Shown piece by piece: positions 11,676 through 24,900 of a stretch of 64,000 nucleotides of DNA. The DNA lies in the NCBI GenBank assembly GCA_950097015.1, contig CATNEN010000014.1, positions 1,054,001 through 1,118,000 on the forward strand, given 5' to 3'. Under the pieces are notes generated by a model. That model worked only from the letters and a program-made list of their open reading frames with translations. It was not told the origin of the DNA and searched no databases. Position 1 is the first letter of the stretch. Each line of letters starts with the position of its first letter. The DNA comes from Macrostomum hystrix. Lineage: Eukaryota; Animalia; Platyhelminthes. A program made the translations under genes and the position numbers.

Positions 11676-14600
11676 TTAGTTAAGATATGAGCTGTCAAAC
11701 GAGTCGGTGGACTTACAGGAGCTGGGCATGAAGGACCCGTTTCCATTGGCCCCGCCAGACATGTGATAGGCCGCAGCCGCCGCCGCCGCAGCCAGCTGCT
11801 GCTGCTGCTGTTGCTGACTCGTGGGCTGGTACACAGGGGCTCCGCTTTTGCTGTCAGCTACGGCAGTTCGCTTGCTGGCGACCTGAGAGGTAAGGGGGGT
11901 TCGGGACAGTGTCAGCACGGGACAGTGTCAGCACGGGACAATGTCAGCACGGGACAGTGTCAGCACGGGACAGTGTCAGCACGGGACAGTGTCAGCACGG
12001 GACAGTGTCAGCACGGGACAGTGTCAGCACGGGACAGTGTCAGCACGGGACAATGTCAGCACGGGACAGTGTCAGCACGGGACAGTGTCAGCACGGGACA
12101 GTGTCAGCACGGGACAGTGTCAGCACGGGACAGTGTCAGCACGGGACAGTGTCAGCACGGGACAATGTCAGCACGGGACAGTGTCAGCACGGGACAGTGT
12201 CAGCACGGGACAGTGTCAGCACGGGACAGTGTCAGCACGGGACAGTGTCAGCACGGGACAATGTCAGCACGGGACAGTGTCAGCACGGGACAGTGTCAGC
12301 ACGGGACAGTGTCAGCACGGGACAGTGTCAGCACGGGACAGTGTCAGCACGGGACAGTGTCAGCACGGGACAATGTCAGCACGGGACAGTGTCAGCACGG
12401 GACAGTGTCAGCACGGGACAGTGTCAGCACGGGACAGTGTAAGCACGGGACAATGTCTCTATACTGCTAGTATCAAAGTACCGGCCAGCCGTAAAAGCAA
12501 AACAAAACGCTTAAAGCAGACAGGGAGAAATGCCAAATGGAAGAAAACTGGCACAGATTAAAAAAGAGCGCAGCGGCATTTCCAGCCGTCGCCTGGCTGT
12601 CGGACGGGAAATTTCATTAACTTCTGTCCAGCCCGACGGCCAGCAGCCGCCACAGGCGCGCCTGAGAGCTCGCGGTCTCCCCGGGGGAGGGAAGGAGGGG
12701 GTGACAATTTTTAATAGCTGAAGAGGGAAGGCTCGAGTGGAGCATGGCAGCTCATGAATTATTGATTTCGTCGGCCCGCGCGCCCATCTGGCTCGCCGAT
12801 TTTTTGTCCTTCGCCGCTATAAAAAAATCGTCCCGCAGGAGGCTGACGGGACCGACTCAAATTTGAGTGAGTCACCGTGAGTCAGGCCAGCCTGAGTACA
12901 AAAAATGTTCCTGGGATTTCTGAAGTATCAGAAATTAGAGGGGACAATATGAAGCTGTAAATCGTGGCTACCTTGGCAGCGACTTAATAACTATATGGCA
13001 CCGCCTTTCTGGCACTTCCTTCGCGGCACTGAAGAAGCTGCGGCTGGGGGCTGCAGAAGTCCTCGCTGGGAGCCCCAAATGGGATCATAAAATTTTATCC
13101 CAGGTCTGGCACACTCTTCTGCGCATAGCGTGAGAGGAGGGGAAGAGCCGGATGGGGAGAAAAGGGGGCCTCTGGGATGCCTGGCGATCGGGCTAATGAG
13201 TGGAGGGCGGCGAAGGCCGAGGATGGGGACGAGCTAGATCAGGGCCGCTCGAATGGCAGAGACGGGATGAGGAACAGATGGAATGGCTGAGAGCACTGCA
13301 GACAGGCCGTGAGAATAGGATCAGCGGAGATGAAGGGTCTCGATGAGAGATTTGGGGTCTCACTGAGAGATTTAGGGTCTCACTGAGAGATTTGGGGTCT
13401 CACTGAGAGATTTAGGGTCTCACTGAGAGATTTAGGGTCTCACTGAGAGATTTAGGGTCTCACTGAGAGATTTAGGGTCTCACTGAGAGATTTGGGGTCT
13501 CACTGAGAGATTTAGGGTCTCACTGAGAGATTTAGGGTCTCACTGAGAGATTTAGGGTCTCACTGAGAGATTTAGGGTCTCACTGAGAGATTTAGGGTCT
13601 CACTGAGAGATTTGGGGTCTCACTGAGAGATTTAGGGTCTCACTGAGAGATTTGGGGTCTCACTGAGAGATTTAGGGTCTCACTGAGAGATTTAGGGTCT
13701 CACTGAGAGATTTGGGGTCTCACTGAGAGATTTAGGGTCTCACTGAGAGATTTAGGGTCTCACTGAGAGATTTGGGGTCTCACTGAGAGATTTAGGGTCT
13801 CACTGAGAGGTTTAGACTGAAAAAACAGCGACAGTGATCATTTGAGCTGTGGTGACACTGAGAACGATAGTTACACGAAAGAGAATATCAATAGAAAGCA
13901 AATGCGAGTCGGATTTTTTCATATGAGCGATCAGAAACTGGAAACTGAGGGACGCAGTTGGGCCATAAATTAGCTGAAGGTGCTAAATGCGATCGTCAGT
14001 AAAATTGGGCAAGATTTACTCAGATTTATTGAGCAGTTTTCGGTTGATGAAGCGACTCTCAAACTGGGCACAGAATGGCCGGGGCCCATTTCCCAGTTTT
14101 CCCAGTTTTTCCCGAAACTCCAGGTGTGGCTAAACTGGCCTGAGCAGCTGGCTTCGGGGCTGGGCCGGAAGCAGACGCGAGCTGGCCAGGCCGAGGAAAT
14201 GACGGCGGGTCAAGGAGCCACGCGGAAGAAGTGGTGGGACCGAGGCAATTACTTGGGTGACAATAAAAATCCCACTAGCGAAATGGGGATAAGAATCCTG
14301 GGCTAGCAGTCCTCCCACTTTCCTATCTTTTGCGCCCTTTCTTGGCCTCTTCGATACAGAATTTCCCTGGAACATTTGCGGTAGCGGCTAATCTGCCAGC
14401 GAAGGGCTGGGCAGAGTGGCGGATTGTGCCGGCTTGTATAGAGGGGCAGAGAGTATGGACAAGGGTAGAGAGAGGATACAGGGGTAGAGAGAGTATGGAC
14501 AAGGGTAGAGAGAGGATACAGGGGTAGAGAGAGGATACAGGGGTAGAGAGAGGATACAGGGGTAGAGAGAGGATACAGGGGTAGAGAGAGTATGGACAGG

Positions 14601-15872
14601 GGTAGAGAGAGGATACATGGGTAGAGAGAGGATACAGGGGTAGAGAGAGGATACAGGGGTAGAGAGAGTATGGACAGGGGTAGAGAGAGGATACAGAGGT
14701 AGAGAGAGGATACAGGGGTAGAGAGAGGATACAGGGGTAGAGAGAGGATACAGGGGTAGAGAGAGGATACAGGGGTAGAGAGAGGATACAGGGGTAGAGA
14801 GAGGATACAGGGGTAGAGAGAGGATACAGGGGTAGAGAGAGGATACAGGGGTAGAGAGAGGATACAGGGGTAGAGAGAGGATACAGGGGTAGAGAGTATG
14901 GACAGGGGTAGAGAGGAGAGACAGGTGTAGAAAGGAAAGACAGGGGTAGAGAGTATGGACAGGGGCAGAGAAGAGAGACAGGGGTAGAGAGTATGAATAG
15001 GGGTAGAGAGTATGGACAGGAGTAGAGAGGAGAGACAGGGGTAGAAAGGAGAGACAGGGGTAGAGAAGAGAGACAGGGGTAGAGAGTATGGACAGGGGTA
15101 GAAATTATGGACAGGGGTAGAGAGTATGGACAGGGGTAGAGAGTATGGACAGGGGTAGAGAGGGGAGAGAATGGTTAAAGAGAAGGTAGAGCGGAGCTAA
15201 AAGAGGCAGAATGTCCTGAGAGAGGGCAGAGTACAGGGCCAAGCTGTATCTGTTGCGGCAGTGCTGAATGGCAGTCAGGTTAGATTCCGCACTTAAATTT
15301 GGCCTGTAACTGCCACCGAAGTTAAACAAACACTGCAGGCTGAGCCGGGCAGCTCACATGGCAGGTACTCGCGGAGCGGAAATTTCAGCAAAAACTGAGA
15401 AGTGAGCAGGAGGACTCAGGGCTGGCCGGGTCGGGCAGTGCCAGTCAATTAGCAAACTAAAAACAACAGCTTTCACAATTTTTTCACATTCGTTAAAAAA
15501 TGTTTAACGACATAGCCATAAATGAGGCTTGAGTGCAGCGAGCGGTGCAGGTCAGGAACAGCAGTCAGGCGAGATGATTGCTGGCATAAACGATAGCGCA
15601 AATCATATGCCACGACACGCAAAAGGGGTCAAGCGGTGAGAGACTTGGCACTATTAGCACTTCAGAAACTGGCAATTAGCGAATCCGCAATTATCCTGCA
15701 GGCGGGGCTGACAGGTGGGAGAAAAGGTTTCAAAATGCGCGACCTCAGCTAGCTGGGTTAGTCTGTAAACTCTGCTAAGTGTTATAAATCACTATTGTAG
15801 TTAGGCTACTGTTCTACCGGGCGTTAGTCTCTGACACAGCAACCACGGGAGCTCTGCAACTGGAACTAACTA

Positions 15873-15919
<47 letters not shown>

Positions 15920-18900
15920 TGCATCACAGCGGCCTGCAGCTGGTAACTTGGCAGGATGGCCGAAATCGCTGGCCCGGCATCGAACTGCTCCAAAAGTTTT
16001 CGCTTTTTTGTTCCAGACGGCGAGGTGGCCTGGTCAGTTTTTCGGGTGTTAGTTATAACGCAACATGCGAGTTTGGGTCAGGATGCGGTTTGGACAGTGC
16101 AGGCTACAGGCAAAACGAATAAAAGTAAAAACAATGAAAGCAAGCAGAGACGAAAGAGGAGGGTGTGAAGGAATGGGGGTTGGCGTGAAGGAATGGCGTG
16201 GGTATGACGGAGTGAGGTTGGTGCGACGGAGTGGGGTGGGTGTGAGAGGATGAGGTGGGTGCTAAGGAGTGAGGTGGTTGTCACTTTTATGAGATGACTG
16301 TGACGGAGTGAGGTGGGTGTGATAGAGTTAAAGGCTTAAAAAACAACATGCAGTGCAGTAAATGCTAGAGCAAGAACAATGCAATCAAACTCCAAGCAAA
16401 TGATAGGCAAGCAATTTTCCCAGGAATTTGTAGCAATTGCAGGTTCGAAGTTAAACTGAAAGAAGTCGCTGCTGCGCAACAAAAAAGCCGAGCCGCACGG
16501 GCCAACAGCAGCACCCCAGGCAAACACGATAGCGATGCAATTATCGGATGGGGCTGTGAGCACACCCAGTGAGGCTCGGAGCTGCCCAAGATAAGAGCGA
16601 GAAGCGCAGGGCCCAACTGGCCAGCCCGATTCGCATGAAAATTTAGACGTAGGGAGGCAAGCGGCCCGAATGACTAATGCCCGGCTCCTCTGCGATCGCC
16701 CTCCAGCGGCCGGGCAGATAAGAGGCCCGTGGCTGCAACTCGATGAAATTCGGGGGGAGCTGGAACATGGCAGAGCGGGCCCGGCAGCAACTTTGGCTGT
16801 CATTAATCAGCGGCTGCATTTCTCCCACTGTCTCGAAGGTTTCGGCTAAGAAAAATGATGGCGCACGCAAAGAATTGGGAATAGGAGCCGAACTGGCTGA
16901 GGGGAGGGAGAAACTTTTGGGATTGTTGCTACCGGCTTCCACATAATTAGCTTATCCTTCCGCGTTTCGAAGGAGCCGTTCCCGCTCCGCCCGACCTCCT
17001 TTGTTCCGCCTGCAGATCCGGGTCTGAGCCACGGCGCGATGCATTATTTAGACAGGCGCGCGCAGGCCCTTTTAACCGCTGAGGCTTGCGCTGCTGCCCG
17101 TTTGGCGCGTTAAAAGTGGCCGCGTATGCAGATTTTGTGCGCGCTCGCCCGCCCTCACAACCGCAGCAAGTTTTCGAGGCGACATTCCAACCGTGCACAA
17201 TGATCCAGGGAGATCCGAGTGTTTACTGTTTGCCTTAATGTAAAGAGAAGGCCGGGTTTAGTCGGGGAGGGGGGGGCGCCAAAATATTTTCTAATTCGGA
17301 ATTGGCCGCAATTTCGGCCTGAGTTGAACTTCCTCGGTTCGAGTCGAATTTCGCAGCTCCAGCGAAGTTGCAGCCGAGTAATTTCTTGGCGCCGGGCCTG
17401 GCCTCGGTGCGAAGGAGGCGGACTCGCGGTCTGCGCAGAAAAGCGAGCGACGAAAATGCTGCCAGCCGCGCAAGTGGGCGGGCGCCACGTGGCCTGGGCG
17501 CTCAGCTGCAGCTCAACTGCAGGGCGCTCAGCTGCCAACTGCAGGGCGCTCAGCTGCCAACTGCAGGGCGCTCAGCTGCCAACTGCAGGGCGCTCAGCTG
17601 CCAACTGCAGGGCGCTCAGCTGCCAACTACAGGGCGCTCAGCTGCCAACTGCAGGGCGCTCAGCTGCCAACTGCAGGGCGCTCAGCTGCCAACTGCAGGG
17701 CGCTCAGCTGCCAACTGCAGGGCGCTCAGCTGCCAACTGCAGGGGCGGTCATTGTGCTGGCCCAGCGTTCATCAGCCATGCATTCTCTCACCCATTGTCT
17801 CAAAGTCTGTGGCATTATTCAGTCTGAGAGCTGGTGTGATTAGCGAGTCAATTAATAATTACTCAGGTGGGGAAAAGGCCTCCAAATGCCACGGATATTA
17901 TCTGCCATCCAGGGCCGGCTTTTTGTACTTTTCCAGGCGTCAAGTCACAATGGCGGGATTTGGAGAAATAATTGATGCCGAAAACGAGGGGATTTGGGAA
18001 CTGAGGGATTCCCTGGGCGCAGGTGGCAAGGCGGTGTCCCCCAGTCGGTCGATAATGCTCAAGGCCTCTCCGCCCCGCACTCGAGTCGCCTGGGATTCTC
18101 CGCACAGATGGCGTTCCGGATAATGGATGGCCCCGCTCCCCTAACAGCACTGGCCAGAAGGGGAGAACAGAAAGAGGATATTTATCCACGCTGGCGCCTA
18201 GCGTGTCGGCGATTGTGGGCGCTTGCCGATTCCCAATCTCAATCGGGGCGGCTTATCTAAGCCATAAATTTGTGCGCAACACATTCATTCATATTCATGC
18301 AAAATATTCGGCAGCAGCTGCCGGCTTTGCTTGGCGGCTTCAGTGCGCCTGGCTCAGCCCAGTCACCTCAGGCCTCGAGCTGCTGCTGGTGCGAGCCGCG
18401 CTTTGTGGGGCTTGGGTGAGATAGATAGCCGTGCCTTCTGGATGCTTGATAGATGGCTGTTAGATGCTTGATAGATGGCTGTTAGATGCTTAATAGATGA
18501 TTGTTAGATGCTTGATAGATGGCTGTTAGATGCTTGATAGATGGCTGTTAGATGCTTGATAGTTGGCTGTTAGATGCTTAATAGATGATTGTTAGATGCT
18601 TGATAGTTGGCTGTTAGATGCTTGATAGATGGCTGTTAGATGCTTGATAGATGGCTGTTAGATGCTTAATAGATGATTGTTAGATGCTTGATAGTTGGCT
18701 GTTAGATGCTTAATAGATGATTGTTAGATGCTTGATAGTTGGCTGTTAGATGCTTAATAGATGATTGTTAGATGCTTGATAGATGGCTGTTAGATGCTTG
18801 ATAGATGGCTGTTAGATGCTTGATAGATGGCTGTTAGATGCTTGATAGTTGGCTGTTAGATGCTTAATAGATGATTGTTAGATGCTTGATAGATGGCTGT

Positions 18901-21900
18901 TAGATGCTTGATAGTTGGCTGTTAGATGCTTGATAGATGGCTGTTAGATGCTTGATAGATGGCTGTTAGATGCTTGATAGATGATTGTTAGATGCTTAAT
19001 AGATGATTGTTAGATGCTTAATAGATGATTGTTAGATGCTTGATAGTTGGCTGTTAGATGCTTAATAGATGATTGTTAGATGCTTGATAGATGGCTGTTA
19101 GATGCTTGATAGATGGCTGTTAGATGCTTGATAGATGGCTGTTAGATGCTTGATAGTTGGCTGTTAGATGCTTAATAGATGATTGTTAGATGCTTGATAG
19201 ATGGCTGTTAGATGCTTGATAGATGGCTGTTAGATGCTTGATAGATGGCTGTTAGATGCTTGATAGATGGCTGTTAGATGCTTGATAGATGATTGTTAGA
19301 TGCTTGATAGATGGCTGTTAGATGCTTGATAGATGGCTGTTAGATGCTTGATAGTTGGCTGTTAGATGCTTAATAGATGATTGTTAGATGCTTGATAGAT
19401 GGCTGTTAGATGCTTGATAGATGGCTGTTAGATGCTTGATAGATGGCTGTTAGATGCTTGATAGATGGCTGTTAGATGCTTGATAGATGATTGTTAGATG
19501 CTTGATAGATGGCTGTTAGATGCTTGATAGATGGCTGTTAGATGCTTGATAGATGATTGTTAGATGCTTGATAGATGGCTGTTAGATGCTTGATAGATGG
19601 CTGTTAGATGCTTGATAGATGGCTGTTAGATGCTTGATAGATGGCTGTTAGACGCTTGATAGATGGTCAGTGGATGGTCAGTAGATGGTCAGTAGATGGT
19701 CAGTAGATGGTCAGTAGATGGCTGTAGATGGTCAGTGGATGGTCAGTGGATGGTCAGTATATGGTCAGTAGATGGCTGTAGATGGTCAGTAGATGGCTGT
19801 AGATGGTCAGTGGATGGTCAGTGGATGGTCAGTATATGGTCAGTAGATGGCTGTAGATGGTCAGTGGATGGTCAGTGGATGGTCAGTGGATGGTCAGTAT
19901 ATGGTCAGTAGATGGCTGTAGATGGTCAGTAGATGGCTGTAGATGGTCAGTGGATGGTCAGTGGATGGTCAGTATATGGTCAGTAGATGGCTGTAGATGT
20001 TCAGTAGATGGCTGTAGATGGTCAGTGGATGGTCAGTATATGGTCAGTAGATGGTCAGTAGATGGTCAGTAGATGGTCAGTAGATGGTCAGTAGATGGTC
20101 AGTAGATTGGCGGCCTTCCCAAGCCGACAGGAAATCCCGATCCCGGTGGAGTGGGCGGGTCCCAGAAGGGGAATCCCGCATCTGCTCGTGACGCATTCGG
20201 CCAGTAAATTGGCGGCCAGCCTCATCTCTGAGGGCTATATTTTTCCCAATAATTTGTGGCATTCAAAGTTGGGATTGTTTAGCGCCACCTGCTCACGAAA
20301 TTCGCAGCCTCTGTGCCCCAACGGCCCCGTCACGCTGCGCGAAGGCTCAGGTGACCCAGCCTTTGCTCAAGCCGCCAATCAAAGCACTCAGAGCTCTCGA
20401 GATTCAGACGCGCCATTTCCATGGCGCCAATTACGCAACGAACATCAAGGTGTCGCGGCACGTCTCAGACAGAAGAAATAATATAATTTGCCTTTCGCGA
20501 GCAACCAGGATAGAACTTGACTCACATCTCTGCTGTCAATTTTCACCTGGCCACCGTTGGCCGCCATGGACACCTGGGCCATAGACACCTGCGCCAGGTG
20601 CTGCAGCTGCTGCTGGTCAGGCGGCGGGGGCAGAAACTGCATTGGATTCGGCAAACCGAGGAGCTGCTGCTGCTGCTGCTGGTAGCAGCCGGTGAGAGGG
20701 CCGGTCAGGCTGCCGTTTAGCATCGGCTGCGGGCGGAATGTTCAGTAAATAATTTGCACATTGACGGTCAATCGGATTCTAATAGATAATTGATCCATTT
20801 CTAATCTTTGTTTCATCGATTTCCAACTTATGTTTAATGGATTTCTAATCTTTGTTTGATGGATTTCTAATCTATGTTAGATCGATTTCCAATCTATGTT
20901 ATGTAGATTTTTATCGATTCTTAATCGATGGCTAATTGAGGCCTAGCTAATAATTAATCGAGTCCTAATTATCAAAATCGATTCCAAGTTGATAATTGAT
21001 AGATTTTTAACTCAGAAGTGATCAACAATCTATAGATAATTAGTCGACAATGATTAATATTTGATCAATATCTAATCGATAGGGATAAAGTACTCATAAG
21101 AGAACACGTGATTCCGAAAACTTTAGATTCCTGATCCCAAGAGACACATGATACGACCATCGGCAGTGCAGGAACCATCTCAAAGGATGAGATACGACCA
21201 TCGGCAATGCAGGAACCATCTCAAAGGATGAGATACGACCATCGGCAATGCAGGAATCATCTCAAAGGATGAGATACGACCATCGGCAATGCAGGAATCA
21301 TCTCAAAGGATGAGATACGACCATCGGCAATGCAGGAATCATCTCAAAGGATGAGATACGACCATCGGCAATGCAGGAATCATCTCAAAGGATGAGATAC
21401 GACCATCGGCAATGCAGGAACCATCTCAAAGGATGAGATACGACCATCGGCAATGCAGGAACCATTTCAAAGGATGAGATACGACCATCGGCAATGCAGG
21501 AACCATCTCAAAGGATGAGATACGACCATCGGCAATGCAGGAACCATCTCAAAGGATGAGATACGACCATCGGCAATGCAGGAACCATTTCAAAGGATTA
21601 CTTAACCAAGCACTCGCCAATTTTAACGTTAATCCACGCAAATTCATCTGAAAATCCCATAAACGGATCGTCAAGCAATGGCAAACAAGTTTTGCCCTCA
21701 GCGCGGCGGTGAGTCCGCCTGCTCACAGGGCCTGCATTGTCTCCGGTGTGCATCGCACAGCGCCATCCGACCTCACAGCGGAGCGGAGACAACCTGCCCA
21801 AGGGCGCGAGAAACAACAAACAGCTCAGAGCTGGCGGGATTTGAGAGCCGTGGAAGCGGCTGGCGGACCCCCCCAGTGCCCGAAAGTCGGATGAAAATCC

Positions 21901-24900
21901 CTTTGTAGTTTGAGTACTCAGGTGGGACAGACGGATGGGAGATTTGGGAAATTAGTCCTCAGCCTTTGAGTGTCGCCTTTCTCTCCCTCTTCTCTGCTGA
22001 GCCCCTTCCCGCTTCACCCTCGCATCCCACTTCACTCAGAGGCTGCCCGCCGCCCGGAGCTCCCAGAGGCTGCCGCTGATGCAACAGCCGCCGCCTCCCC
22101 TTTCTAGTTTCTCATTACGCCACGCGTTTGCGTGTCAGGTTGCTGCGGCCCACCCCCTGAGCTCCCCTATCAATTATTGGCTTCCAATTCTCGATGACAG
22201 ATACGGGCAATGCCTGATGTGGCATCGGTTAACTGACAGTAATTTGTACCTGCGAATACCTGAAATAGCCCACGGCCTCTCGTCCGGAAATTTGCTTTTT
22301 CAGCATTAGCCTGATTCGACTATCTTCATGGGGCCCAACTTCTCATTAACATCACCTGGATAAGCCAGCTCAAAGGCAGCTTGAGCAGCCAGATCAGAGA
22401 CAATTTGAGCAGCCAGCTCAAAGACAGCTTGAGCAGCCAGATCAGAGACAATTTGAGCAGCCAGATCAGAGACAGTTTGAGCAGCCAGATCAGAGACAGT
22501 TTGAGCAGCCAGATCAGAGACAGTTTGAGCAGCCACCTCAAAGACAGCTTGAGCAGCCATCGTATTGACAGTTTGAGCAGCCATCATATTGACAGTTTGA
22601 GCAGCCATCTTATAGACAGTTTGAGCAGCCAGATCAGAGACAGTTTGAGCAGCCAGATCAGAGACAGTTTGAGCAGCCACCTCAAAGACAGCTTGAGCAG
22701 CCATCGTATTGACAGTTTGAGCAGCCATCATATTGACAGTTTGAGCAGCCATCATATTGACAGTTTGAGCAGCCATCTTATAGAAAGTTTGAGCAGCCAT
22801 CTTATAGACGGTTTGAGCAGCCATCTTATAGACGGTTTGAGCAGCCATCTCATAGACAGTTTGAAAAGTTTGAGCAGCCACCTCAAGGGAAGGTTAAACT
22901 CTTTCGGAAACCGAGAGAGGCAGCCGAAGGCGTGCAGGAGGCAGCCAGGAGGCCCTCAGGTCCTGCAGGCCATCCCAGAAGCGAAGAGCATGCTGGTGCT
23001 TATCTCGCTGCAGCGGCAAATGCAATTTTGACTGTCAATCAGATAGCAGTGCTGACTGCGCCAGTGCTGATCGAGTTATTGAAAGTGGCTCCCCAGCCCA
23101 GCCTTGACGATGGCGCTGGTGATCTCGGGTCTGGGATCTGGGATTGGGGATCAGGGAAATAGGGGATGCAAGGCACAGGCCTTGGGATTTTTGACAGTGG
23201 GAATGCAGAGTGAGAGATGAGGGGATATAGATATCTAAAAATGAATTGATAAAGAATGATGATAAGAGGCATGAAAATTCGGAGTCAAATGAAGCATAAA
23301 CTAAGATTTTTAGGATTAAAAAAACTTTGAAAGTGCAGAACAGATAAGGGACAACATTTTTGCAATATGAAATGCCGCGGGCAACCATTTTATGGGCCTT
23401 TTTGTTGTGAATCGCATCAATATTAATGGATTAGCCACTGCTGCTGCCCTACCGGCATAAACTGCGTGGGCAGAATGACAGAAACTGGGGACAATCATGA
23501 ACTGCTGCTGGCCGGCAATGCTACGGCTGGGACTCTGGAGGTAACATAGGGACAGTCAGAAGGTAAAAGGAGAGAATCACTGGGTAAATGATGGAAGAAC
23601 CAGAGGGTAAATTATGGGATCCCAAAGGCTGCAGTTCATATTGAAAGCCGGTTGTCAAAATAGAAAAAGTTAGGGCCAAGTTGGAGAAATGCATTAGGGA
23701 AATTCAAAGGGAAGAACAGGCAGCTCCCCAAGTCTACCGATCACCGACGGGAGACTGCGGATGAGGCAGCGGGTGACTCACTCCCTGCTCGGGAGTGGGG
23801 GGGGGTAGCACGAGGTGCCATCGAGTTTGCTGCATAATTGCTGCGAAGGGCAGAGAAAAGAGGGCAAGGAAGAGGCGAGGGGTGCTGGGACGGATTTTCG
23901 GCCGAATTCCCAGCCCCTGCGTCCCGAGAGCAGAGCGATCCCAACCCGCCCGCCTGGAAAAGAGACAGCCGCCACCGCCGCAGCCGCTGGATATTGCAGA
24001 ATTCTCCCTCAATTCCTGCCGGGTCGAAAGACAAGCGGCGCCTCTGATGTCAGATTTTATGAGGCTGAGCAGCTCAAATAGCGAAACCGCCTGAGCTGCC
24101 AGCTGCCCCTGTCCAGGTGAGACAATTCCCATTCCCCACTGGGCCATGCAGGCGCCGCTACATCTCTCATCCCCGACTAGCGGCTGGATAAACTGTACGT
24201 TTGTCATTGTCAGAACTCTCGTTGTCTTCCGCTGCCCGCCTCCGCAGCCGCAAGAGCCCCAGTGTGTCCCCAGCTTCTGCCCGCCCTCTAACTGACTTCC
24301 CAGAGTGAACTGGAACTGGCCAGGAGTGGATTCTGGCCGGCCTCTGCCGCGTTGGAGCCTCTGCTGCGGCTCTCACTTGCTGACCCACACACCAACATTA
24401 GTGATCTCACCTTCACCCACGACTCTTAACTGACCAATCTCACCTTCACCCACGACTCTTAACTGACCAACCTCACCTTCGCCCACGACTCTTAACTGAC
24501 CAACCTCACCTTCACCCACGACTCTTAACTGACCAATCTCACCTTCACCTACTACGACTCTTAACTGACCAATCTCACCTTCACCCACGACTCTTAACTG
24601 ACCAACCTCACCTTCACCCACGACTCTTAACTGACCAATCTCACCTTCACCCACGACTCTTAACTGACCAATCTCACCTTCACCCACGACTCTTTACTGA
24701 CCAATCTCACCTTCACCCACGACTTCTAACTGACCAATCTCACCTTCACCCACGACTCTTTACTGACCAACCTCACCTTCACCCACGACTCTTTACTGAC
24801 CAATCTCACCTTCACCCACGACTCTTAACTGACCAATCTCACCTTCACCCACGACTCTTTACTGACCAATCTCACCTTCACCCACGACTCTTAACTGACC

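Noticed and set aside
9745-12561. Long repetitive ORFs (440, 235, 206, 193 aa)
   Set aside because: Products of the 13- and 16-bp arrays, with rotating frames and no protein-like features.
16336-18424. Several 100-250 aa ORFs in mbl intron 3
   Set aside because: No recognisable domains or consistent splice structure; partly generated by the 22-bp array and GC-rich composition.
21150-21598. CRISPR-like regular array (this and other 29-41-bp repeats)
   Set aside because: Units are contiguous with no unique spacers, the context is eukaryotic, and there are no cas genes.
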